From: Podarcis vaucheri
Taxonomy: Eukaryota
DNA length: 64,000 nt
Direction: 5' to 3' (one strand)
NCBI GenBank assembly: GCA_965113315.1
Contig: OZ220364.1
This document shows positions 39,301 through 51,300 of the stretch, one piece after another. Every line of letters begins with the position of its first letter. Within the stretch, counting starts at the first letter, position 1. Under the pieces are notes generated by a model. The model ran no database searches and had not been told where the DNA came from. It saw only the letters and a list, made by a program, of their open reading frames with translations. The position numbers and the translations under genes are program-made.

Positions 39301-42300
39301 CACCCTAGGAGCCCTCTACGCTCCTGCAAATAAACCAAATGAATTTAATTACCAGATAACTGTAGGCTAATATAATAAGCGGTCTATTTTACTTTGTATA
39401 AGGGGCACCTAAGATCTTAAGCTAAGCAGCCAATTGAAATGCTTTATCGGATAGTATACGTCCTATAACTAATTAGGAATAAGCCTTATAAACTCTTCAA
39501 GCACTCTGTAAATATTCCCCGCCACCCGGGGCAGCCCCTTCTTGTGCTGCCGGTATCGTGTGAGCCGTGCTGCTAGCTAGCTCTTTAACCCCCTTTTCCC
39601 AATGAATGAATAGGTATTGCTCTATACCTCCTATATTTACTTATGGAAGGAGTGAGGTAGACAGTCTAGCAACAGGCTTAGATCCCACCCGGTTTGCCTA
39701 GCCTAAGATGGCCGCCGCCGCCAGGCCACGTGGGCAAACAAAGATGGCGGCCGAAGGCTATCCGTTGCCTAGCAACGGAGGAAACCCCCAGGCAAAGTTG
39801 TGCTACAGACGAAGACTCCCGGACAAGACGGACGCAAGCGATAGACAATAGAAGCCCGTGCTAGACCAAGTCCCGCAAGAGAAACAAACCGCAATAGCAG
39901 GAAAGCGACCACACAGTGAGCAAAGAATCAACGCGCTCCAAGGATCAGTGCCTTAAACCTCCCGCCAAATTCAATTGCATAACAAGATACAACCTGATCC
40001 GAATCTCTGCAGAGCCACGTGGGTGGAGCGAAGGAGGAGGGTTGCCGGAGGGAGGTAGTCAGCTGGCTGGCGGGACGCGCGCTGCCTTGGAGGGCTGAGA
40101 GATCACTCCCCGAGCCGCCGGAGACCTACGAGCATAAGCCCCCCCCCCCAAGGAACAAAAACCAACCCCAAGCGATCTCAGCTCTTTCTGACCTCGCGGT
40201 GCAACGGAGCACGCCAAGTCGATAAGGAGAAAAGGACTCCCCGACAGTGATTTCAGCTCAAAAGTAAAGCAGCGGCAGTCACTGCAGCAAGGCTAATGGC
40301 TGCTGAAACAACGGTTCTCCGGTTGGTGAGCGAAGGAGCGCTGTACGCTAAACCGATACGGGGAAAAGAACTCTCCGCCAGTGATTTCAGCTCAAAATTA
40401 AAAGGAAAGCCGCGGTAGCCACTCCGCCCAAGCTAATTGCTGCTGAGATGGTTCTCCTGTGGTGGGCGAAGGAGCGCTCCGAAGCGCTTGTGCTGATGCA
40501 GTTCCACGCGGCAGCAAGAGGGCGAGTGGATTTCCGACGCGATCAGCTGGAGAAACGTGGAGAAACGTGGAGCTAGCCGGAGAAGAGAGGGCGAGCCCCC
40601 TCCGCTCCGGCCCTAAATAGGGCAAGCCACGCCCCCTCCAGCCAGCCGATTGGCTGGCCGGGAGGCGTGGCCGGATGGGATTCCCCTGCTCTCGCGGGGG
40701 CTGAGACCAGCCCCCGCTCACGTGGGGAAGGGCGTGATGCCCGCAACCCCACCTCCTGGGGCAGGCCCGGAAGTGGCTTTGTGAGAGAGTGAGAGGAATT
40801 GTTAGGTTGAGTCAGACAGATAGTTGGAATAATCAGTTTGGAGTTGTTAGGAACTAAGATTAAGAAACTGACAAGAGAAAAATTAACTGAAACTATACGC
40901 TTGTTCCTGCATTTAAAAATAAACTTGATTATTTGTTAATGTTAACAACTGTCTGGACTCCGTGTGTCCCTGTGAGAAACGGGGTGGTGGCAGCGAATAA
41001 AGCAATCACAGTGGTGGCACAGGGTCAATAGACCGTCAAACGTCCGGGGGCCCTGTGTGATCGCCACAATGACCTAACACAATTTTATCTTATGGGACGT
41101 TTTTGTATGATAGCCTTTTCTGTTTCACAATAATGACAGCTAAGTTGCATTATCCACTATCTTTGTTTTAACACAATTTGCTTTCAGTTACCTGAATCCA
41201 TTGTCTGTAAGATGGCAAGTGCCTCCATTCTGGCAGGGATTCTGAATACAGGCATTAATAGGAGTACTGCAGTCTCGACCCTAACAACAACAACAACAAC
41301 AAAAAGTCCATGTAAAATGGTTACTCCTATTTTATCTTTGATGCAGACGCTGATTCTCATCTCCCTTGCCTGCATTTTCTCATTGAGAGACACAAAGGAT
41401 GCAAACTTCAGAAACAGATCATCCAGTCCTATTCACTGAAAGCATTTTCCTTAAAGCAGGGTTTTGAGAAGAGAAGAAGAAATAGTCAAGTGGGAATCGA
41501 AAATATAGTTATTTTATCACCTAGAGATAGTTGCTTCTTATGTAGTAATGCACTTGTAAAATATCAAACATAAGCAATAAGAAATGAATATATATGAGAC
41601 ATAAAGCAAGATACATAATGTTTGTAACTTAAACAACATCTCAGCAAAGTCGCATTATGTACTATTGACTTTTATCTTTGTAGCAGAGTTAATTCGTTAA
41701 AGATACCAAGCAAGTTAGTGTTTATACCATGGGTAGGCAAACTAAGGCCCAGGGGCTGGATCCGGCCCAATCACCTTCTAAATCTGGCCTGTGGATGGTC
41801 CAGGAATCAGTGTGTTTTTACATGAGTAGAATGTGTGCTTTTATTTAAAATGCATCTCTGTGTTATTTGTGGGGCCTGCCTGGTGTTTTTACACGAGTAG
41901 AATGTGTGCTTTTATTTAAAATGCATCTCTGGGTTATTTGTGGGGGCATAAATACAGTACGGCCCCCCACAATACAGTACGGCCCACCACAAGGTCTGAG
42001 GGACAGTGGACTGGCCCCTGCTGAAAAAGTTTGCTGACCCCTGGTTTATACCTAAAAGCAAACTTTCAGTTGACAAACACCTCTGTCAAGCTGCTTTGCT
42101 TAGTGGTCACCTAACTATCCTTGTGGAATCAAAGCTTATTAAACTGTTGTCAGATTGGCATGTATGCCTATGTAATCAAATGTGTCATTTATGCCCACTA
42201 ATACACACAAAAGGACACCTGCAACAAGCTACACTAAATTAATGAATAAATAAATTTTAAAAGCAAGTCAAGGAGACTGCATTTTGCATACAACACCAGG

Positions 42301-45300
42301 TAAAGCTTAAATTTCTTTGCTCTTCAGATACTTTCAATGTTGTATCTTTAAAGCATAACTTCAAAAGAATATAAAAGGCTGATTATATCTTAGCTAGAAA
42401 TATTTTATCTGATTTCTACAGCATTAAGCAGTGTTAAACATTGCACCAAGAACAGGGAACTTTCCCCAGTTCAAGGGCCACCTTCTGGTGCCAACATCTC
42501 AGTGATAGGCACGGCCAGAGGCAAAATGAAGTGAGTAGTGAAGTAGTGAGTAGTAGTCTAGATTCTGCACGCACTAGCACACTTCTCATTCCAGCTAGAC
42601 AAAAACACTTAAGGTGGGGTAGAAAGCAGGGCTGGTGAGGTTGTGTGGCTTGGGAAGACACCCAAGAGTCAGATAGAGAGGCCTGGAAGGCACATCTCGG
42701 GTTAAGTCCTTAATTCGTTCCGGAGGTCCGTACTTAACCTGAAATTGTTCTTAACCTGAAGCACCACTTTAGCTAATGGGGCCTCCTCCTGCCGCTGCGC
42801 CGCCGGAGCATGATTTCTGTTCTCAACCGGTAACAAAGTTCTTAACTTGAGGTACTATTTCTGGGTTAGCGGAGTCTGTAACCTGAAGCATATGTAACCT
42901 GAAGCGTATGTAACCTGAGGTACCACTGTACATAAATATATAGATTTTGCTTCACTAATGCTTATTGGAATAAAACGATGGGAGGAAACTGACATCATAC
43001 TAAGGTGATTGTTCTATCAGGGCAAGCATTTCATCCAGTTTATGCTGCCACATTTTCACACATTTCATCACCAATCTACTGAGGACAAAAAGCAGCTTGG
43101 ATTTGATAAGATCTTTCTTGCTAAAGATAACATTCTGAAACCTTTGCTGGGCAAATGCAAGAATGTGACAGAGTGCATCAGGGAAACTGAGTTCATTGTT
43201 AAATGGCTGCATTGCTTATAAGAGCAGCAGTGCTTTGAATCTGATGTTTCGGGAATGTGCTTTGTATGCAATCTCAACCACCTAAAAAAAGGTGTGGAGC
43301 TAGAGTACATCTCACAAGGGAGACATGAGAGCTCTCACAGGACTTCTCTGTCTCAACCATAATTGGGAGTAGTTCCCCTTGAACTAGGAATTTCTCACTT
43401 GCAAACAAATTCAGTTACAGATATAAAGAAAGCATAAAGTCATTGATTGGCATCTTGACTCACACAAAGATGAAGTATAATTTGTAATAATAAATAATAC
43501 CTGGGGATCTTACAAGAGCCACTTGTTGCCCAGTGGCTGCATTGCTAACCTTGGAAGGAAGAAGTGGTACAATCAGCATTCTACACCACTACTTGACATG
43601 ACTAACATAATTCAAATGCATCTGACTTCCTGTTTGAACACAACTATATCCATTTTACTTTAAATTTCTCTCAATACTACAGCATAAATGGCTTTTATTA
43701 GTTTCCAAAACATATCAATATTTTGGTAAATATGAAAATGGCCTCATAGAGGAATTGTTGGACCCCCTTTCATAAACAACCCTCTTATACCATCTGAAAA
43801 GCCACTCCTGAAAACCAGATTAAGTTCAAGAGTGGCCTCTGACACAAGGAGCTGAAACTGAAGAAAAGTAAATAGGGAAAAACTTAGTGAATGTACAGAA
43901 CAACATGGACATGCCCAAGGGGCTCTTTGGATCCCCACCCCCGGAGATGTGTTTGAATGGAGGACCATGTCTGTGTGGCACTTTAGATGCACAAAGTGTT
44001 TTAGAGTACATGGAGAAGGGTATCAAACTTCAGAAGAGATTAAGCACACATCTTGCATACGTAAATGTCCTAGGGTCAATTTCCTACCATCTCTAAATCT
44101 CAAGCGGCAGGGCTGGGAAAAACCCTGCCTGAGATCTTGGAGGGCCACTTGCCAGCCGGAGTAAACAATACTGAGCTAGATGGACCAATTGTCTGTTCCA
44201 GTATAAAGCAGCTTCATATGTTTACAATCTTTGCAAGTCCTCAGCACAGCCAAGGGCTTTGGGACTTCAACACATCCAACCCCTATGAAGTCTAAGCAGA
44301 GTTTTACTCTGGTTTCCCACTCATTTACACAGTAGAAAGAGTTAAAAAGTGGTATTACACCAACTTATGATCCATTGCTTACAGAAGTTCATTCGATTAA
44401 TATTGATATACTTTTTGGGAGTGCTTCTTTTATGTCTGGTGAGGCACTACAGTGCTCATCAAGGAATATAAATGTCCATGCAGATAGCCTCTAAGCCGGC
44501 CTTCCACCAATCCAGTGACATCCAGATGTTTTGAACTCCAACTCCTATCAGCTCCAGCCAGCATGGCCAATGGTGAGGGATGATCAGAGTTAAAGTTCAA
44601 AGCTTCTGGATGGCACCAGACTGGGGAAAGCTACTCTAATTTAGCTACAATTGGTCCCCAAGTTCCATGTCTAAGACTTTATCCAGTGAATTCTACTCAA
44701 TTAATTCAACACTCCAGCTTCATTTGTGACTACTTTCATCTGCAGCAACACATGCAGCTGAAGACTTGCTACATCTTCTGTGCTCCAGATAAGGAAATAT
44801 TTTTTGAGTTGCCTGACTGAATAATCAATTAAACTCTTTCAACCATTCTTGGATTAGGGGTCCTGCCATCTAACTGATGTAGCAACGCACTCCTCCACAC
44901 AAGATTTTCTTCACATCGACATCAAACAAGGAATAACAAATGCTGAAAGGGCAGACTCAATACAATTTATCAAGGTAAAGGAAATAGCTTCCAGATGGAC
45001 AGACGTGTTTGGTGCTGGTTGGTGAGAAGGAAGCAAGGTATTGTTACTGAATTAGCATCACACTCTAGAAGAACAGCTTGGTACAAAAAGAATTATCTTT
45101 TCATATGGTTCACATTTGAATTTGTCAAATGTCACTCCTGTAAAAAATATATGTGGCAACAATGTAGAGGTTTTCTTGAGGGTTGTAGAAGGGCTTCTAC
45201 TCTCTTTCTCCCATGTCTCTGGTACTAGTTGCTCTTTTACTCCATACTATCTGAATACGGCCCATACAGATGCAACAGTATTTTTAGATTAGTATGTACA

Positions 45301-48300
45301 CACACATAATGTCTTCAAAATCTCAAGACGGTATGAAATGGAAAAGTTATGAAATGTGTTAACATTACTCGACATCTGGACAGCAGTTTCCCCAGCTGGG
45401 CACTATAGCATTTAAAAGGGAGCCCAGGAAATGTCATTTCTTCCTTGAAACATCTTTGTACTCATCCCCAAAAATCAGATGCTCCAAATTCATATCCCAT
45501 ACTAATTTCTGCCACCTATGCATCGCTAGCAGAGGTTGTTCATCATAAACACCATCCCCACTGCTGCATTGCATTAGTTAAGTAGTCAAAAGGCAAATTA
45601 AATTTCCACTGAGAGGTGTGGCCCAGCTGTTATCATACCTTGTAGCCGAACGGGCAAGTACATCGATAAAAATCCAGTGGGTCATTGCTGCAAGTCCCAT
45701 TATTTTTGCATGGATTGGATAGGCAAGGGTTACACTTGGATAGAATACTGATATCAACAACTCCTAAAAAGAAACAAAAGCACAACTGAAAAATGTGTGT
45801 GTACAGTTTATGTAATGAACATTGATTTTTATTCACATAATTGTTTACAGTAAGGGAAAAAAAGCAAAGGACAGTAGAGAAGGGCCTGTTCTTACGGATC
45901 AGCTAGATCTTTAACACCAACCTCTTTAACAATAGTGAGTGGTCCAGTCTGTAGGGTAGAAAAATGGACCACCAGATAAGGGAGGAACTCCTTAACTTAG
46001 GTGTGCTGATAATTATTAGTTTAAACACAATTAAAAGGTAGTGGTGGTGAAACCAAAAACTGAAAGACCAAAACTTGTATGTGTTTTGTCCTCTTTGCTG
46101 CTGCCATGGAACTCTCCTAGCACGATAGCAATGCAGAGGTACAAGCTTTCAGTGGGCCTGATGTCTCTTACACTGATAGGAAGTATTTGGTTTGCTACTT
46201 GCTTCCCTTCAGCCCAGAGCTTATAGTTTAGGGAAATTAGACTTGGAAGCTGCCGCAACAGAAACTTATCTCCTGATCTGAAATCTAAGATCCTTTAAGG
46301 TGTTTAGAGTTCTGCCCCTTCAGCTCAATGTGGGTTACCACAACTGCAATAAAATATATTGCTTATTTAAAGATCTGAGCCACCACTCTCGAAATGGAAT
46401 ATAGATTACTGTATGCCTTTCTCTGCAGCATAGGAAGAGTAAGAGACCTTCTATGGTTCTTACAGCTTAGCAATAGTATTGCATGAGTGGCAGCAAAGTA
46501 AGATGAGCAGAAAAGCTACAACGGTGTATAGCATATCTTGTTATTAAGCCTGACATCTATTTTTCAATTTTGAAGCAAAATAGTTGAATGTCATGTTTTC
46601 TATTTACAGATAGTAAGTGGTTCCCTTTCAACTTGAAACCTTCTTGTTTCTTTAACTCCCCATGGTAGTTGAAAAAGGCTACAAATGTAAACAGTAATTA
46701 AAAGCATAAAAATACATTAAAACACACACAGAGAGACCTCACACATTTTCCACATATAGAAGGAAGCTTCATAGTTTATTACATAGAGAACTGTGCAATT
46801 ATGAAAATACATGTGACACTTTTATCTTAGCAAACTGTTTGAAAGGCAGGAAGCTTCTGTGTCTATCTACAAAAGTGATTGATATGGAGGCAGCCTATAG
46901 CTATGCATGTTTGCCAATATGGAAACAATAGGATTTCAAAGACTGAAGGGCTCAGGAGCTTTACATTAATGAGTAACGAAAATGCCGGTAATATCTTTGT
47001 CATACACTGCCAAACAATAATGAGTGATAATTTATTTTGCATTAAAATGTTTAATCAGTAAAATTTAGAAAGCAAAAACTTTGTGAAATCCTTCGTATGA
47101 GAGATGAAAATGTTTAACCAAAGCCAAATGTTTGCAGTCAAATTCTTTGTGTTAAAACATGGTGAAGAAGTTTTATCTAGAAGGGATTTTTTTGCCATTT
47201 TCCTTGGGCATTTAAACTAAAGACAATACAGGTAACTTGCACTTATACATAATGAACTTAGTGACTGCAGCTTTGTTTGGTGTGGGGGAAAGAAAGAAAT
47301 AGATGAAAAGCAGATGAAACCCACTCTCAATTTATTTATTCTTTGCAGCCATATACACAGACTTTCAGAAAGTGGTGTGAGGGGTCATCAGCATCCTAGA
47401 GCCTTCATCCTAACTTCCCAAAGCCGGGTAAGGCAGCTTCCTATGATGTAGTAAGAATCCCGGTATATGGCAGGGGGTTGGACTCGATGGCCCTTGTGGT
47501 CTCTTCCAACTCTATGATTCTATGATTCTATGACACTGCACACTAAGGACTTGTACCTACCTTTGCATTGAAAGTGGTGGGTTGGTGTTGTAAGCAACAG
47601 CCTGTCTGTCATGTCATCTGGACTGCTGCATCGTGCGATTCCTGGCTCTTTGTAGCCTGCCTTCACCCATTCAGAAAGCCAGCGCAGGTTGCAGTCACAA
47701 TGCAAAGGGTTGGTACCAAGTGCCCTAAGGTGGGTTAAAATACAGGTGCATATATAACCAACAGTTGTTCAGAGAATCCCTAAAACTATTTGTCTCATTT
47801 TATCAAAATATTTAAACAATAATACATTTTATGGACATATGATTAAAAGAAAACTTTCTGATGGTCAGCCATTAATCTGTGTCCCTGATGCTGGCTCTTG
47901 ATATGTTATTTGGCCAGTTCAGCATTTAAAAGCATCAATTCTCTTTCTTCCACCGTTCCTCATGTATACTACTACTCCACAGCTTCAACACAAATTCCCA
48001 TCTTTCTGCTATGGAGGAGACTGAATAACTAATAATATCCTAAACGTAGCAGGCATCATCCTTGAGAATTAACAGCTCACACTTGGAGATCAGAAGTAAG
48101 GAGATAGAGTTTTCCGTTCAGGTGATACTCAACCAAGCCTGCCTTAAAGGCAGCCTTGACCACATTCAGTTTGATAGAAAGAGGCCCACCTTACTCAGAG
48201 TCACTGCTAATTTGAATGCAGATGAAGCAGAACCATGTCCATTTACAGCAATGTGTGGGAATCATAAAACCTCCCTCCCTAATTATGGATTAGGAACCTA

Positions 48301-51300
48301 TTCTGGTTTAGGAGAAGTAAGACCATGGTGTTATTCAGGAAAGAGAGGTGGCAATTAACTCTTTCACTGCATGGTCCAATCATGGATATCTCTCAGAGGA
48401 TCTGAAGATACTGACTAAGTCCCAGAAGCACAGGACCGTAGGGGGAGAAAACATGTTCATTCTTCACAAGCTCTCTCTATTTTGTTTCTCACCCTCCCAC
48501 TACCTAGTCAGGCAACTTATCCTGTAAAGCACAACGGCTTTCATCTCTCTGTAGGGGACATATTAGCCTTAACCAATACTTTACAATACTTTTCTATGCC
48601 TTCTACCAAAAACTTCATTGTAAGACCACTTAAGATTTGACTTTATTGAAACTCTGAATTGATCAGACTCAGAAACTCTGAATAAACTCTTGCAGTTCAA
48701 GTGGAATGTTTTGGGAGAACGATCTAAAGGTTAAGGGGTATGATCCCAGTGGCATTATGCTGGTTCTAACCAAGTTTTTACTCCACAGGAGTGCTTAGCT
48801 ATAGTTCCTGCAGAGGAAAAACATTATGATGGGTTCATCCCCTAGAGAGAAAGTTAAGAAATTATTTACACATACAAAAGTGATCAAAATTAAGCCTACA
48901 TGTATACTTTTTCCATTAGAGATAACAAAAATAATTTCTTAAAATGGAGTTCATGCTCAAAAAATGTTTTTTTGGGGAAAGCGGATGGAATACTGAGAGA
49001 TGAAATTCCACTAATGTTGTTAATGTAATTCCAGAGACATGACTGATTAAACAATTCTGCCCTAGACAAATTCATGCTGAGAGTTCATGAGTTGAACTAC
49101 CGGCAGGGGTTCATCCATCAACGTTAAGTAAATGGAACAGCAATCTTTCCTGAAAGGGGACAAATGTACCCCATTTATAAATTCTCACATAAGAAAAATA
49201 ATTTTGCATACTATATATGAGCTGTTGAACAAGCATGTATCTGGAGTTCCACAAACATACACTTATGAATTGCCCAAATGCTCAGGAAGATCTTGAGATG
49301 GAGAATGAGATCAAAGAGACATCTACAGGAAGAAGAGCTGTAGTAAGGGGTGGCTTAAGATACTGTAAATGTGTGTTCCGGTCAAGAAAAAGAGGCAAAA
49401 TTTCTAAATGACTCCCCCAGAACAATACCTTTAAAGTCCTAAATGGCTTCGGTCCTGTATAGCCAAATGAGCATCTCCTCCCACAGACCCTGAAGTCCAG
49501 ATCCTGAGGTTCAGCTCTGAGGCCTTTTGGCAGTTCCATCATTGTAACAAGTGAAGTTATAGAGAACCAGGCAGTGGCGCCCGCCCTTTGGAAAGCTCTC
49601 ATCAGATGTCAATTATACAAGTTTCTGTAGACATCTGAAGGCAGCCCTGTATAGCAAAGCTTTTAATGTCTGATGTTTTGCTGCGTTCAGTTGGCTTTTA
49701 CTGACCAGGGACTAGGTGGGATGAGGGTAGTTAGAATGACAATAAAATGTTTTATTATTTAATATATTGTGAGCTGCCCGAAGCATTTTGGATGAGGTGG
49801 GTTTCAAATCAAACCAAACAATAATAAAAATTTGCAGTGTACATGCTTTACATTTGGCTGCCTACAATTATGATCTGGTAGATTCAAATGCTTCTAATCA
49901 TTTCAAAAGGCAAGTGCAGTTTTCCAAGTTGGACAATTCCAGCATGAGGTGGAATTCCAGCATAATATTTACAGTTAAAATACATTATAACAAACCCAAA
50001 CATATTTATGATAGGAGCCTATGTGTGGTAATATATACTCCTACTAATAAAACATGGTTCTGCTAAACTAAAATAATGAAATGACCTTGAATATATTATT
50101 CCAAAATAAGGCTTTCAAGCTTTACACTCATTATTTGCAGTAGAGGTTGGATGAAGGAGCTAATTAAGAGCTGATATTACAGAAACCTCCTAAATACTGC
50201 ATTAAAAAGTCTATTCCAAAGACCCAAACCCTATGATCATGGTAGTGATTCCGACGATCTAATTTACTTGAGCCAGAAATTTTAGAACAATGTAAATTTG
50301 CCTACGCTATCAGTTTAGACAAATTCATCCCTTTCATATTCTGCTGACATTTTGGCATTAAAATCTTGCATCAAAAATGTGCACAGTATTTTAAAGTATT
50401 AAAAACTTGGCGAAAATTTCGTTTAGCCTCAGTCACTGCTTAATGTTTCAAATGTAGCTAATTTTCAGATTTGCTCTGAAGGTGAAATTTGCTCAGTGCT
50501 GGTAAGAATAAATGCAACTGCAATGTGAAATAGCTGTACAAATCCTACTTAGCAAAATGATTTGTACAGTGTCACTAGTCTATTGAGGGTAACAGTACTT
50601 ACAGATGGGAAAGTGACACAAGATCATTAAAAGACCCTTCAGGAACGCTGGAAATATCATTGCCATGAAGAGTCCTAAGAGAGAAGGGAATAATACAATG
50701 TTAGAATGCAGCTCGACCAAATATTATGTTAAGAAGTGCAGGTGTTTTTAACCACTTTTCGAGGCATATTCAATACATAACTTAGGAAACTACATATTTT
50801 GCTGCCTTCACAAATTAAAGATAAGGTGGTTTGAGGAAGATGCTTTTTTATTTAAACCAAGGGAAAAATCACTCATAGATTGTAAACTCTTTCATCAAGC
50901 CTTGCATAAGAGGGCAAAGGGATACAATTTCATATAAAAGTGAATCCTAAAGGAGGAGTTATGGGGCAAACTATAAACACGTACTTTCAGAGAGGAAGTT
51001 AAGGTCTGTGGTGACATCCACCCATTCCATAATATAAAAATATCTGAGATTTTGTCCAACTGGGGAATTATTTCAAGACCTTTGTATCATCAGGAAAACT
51101 TACCATTTCTAATTTCTAATCAACAAATCTGTTGCAGATACAATATGGACAATTGGATTGTAAAAACAATTGTCAATATTATATCAAACCAAGATACAGG
51201 ATATCACAGACTGTCTCTCTGACCTTCCATTCTGCAGCACAAATTCCAGCTGTTAGGTGCAACAGCAATTAATCATTTGCATCTACCAAACTTAGAGTTA

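Larger units (their letters stand above)
32683..40781 (-). mobile_element. Full-length Ngaro-type (DIRS order) tyrosine-recombinase retrotransposon, ~8.1 kb
   Basis: Gag-like, RT/RNase H, tyrosine recombinase and SGNH ORFs in tandem; split direct repeats A1...B1-A2-B2; no DDE integrase, protease or methyltransferase seen; both ends and the internal junction share TTG. Confidence 0.93.
32511..41068 (+). mobile_element. Solo LTR (~462 bp when rejoined) interrupted by the Ngaro element
   Basis: Ends TGTGGCG...CGCCACA (inverted); 5-bp TSD ATGAC at 32506-32510 and 41069-41073; AATAAA in the right half. Confidence 0.85.

Noticed and set aside
32683-40781. DIRS1-type or LTR/ERV classification
   Set aside because: No inverted terminal repeats, methyltransferase, DDE integrase or protease seen.
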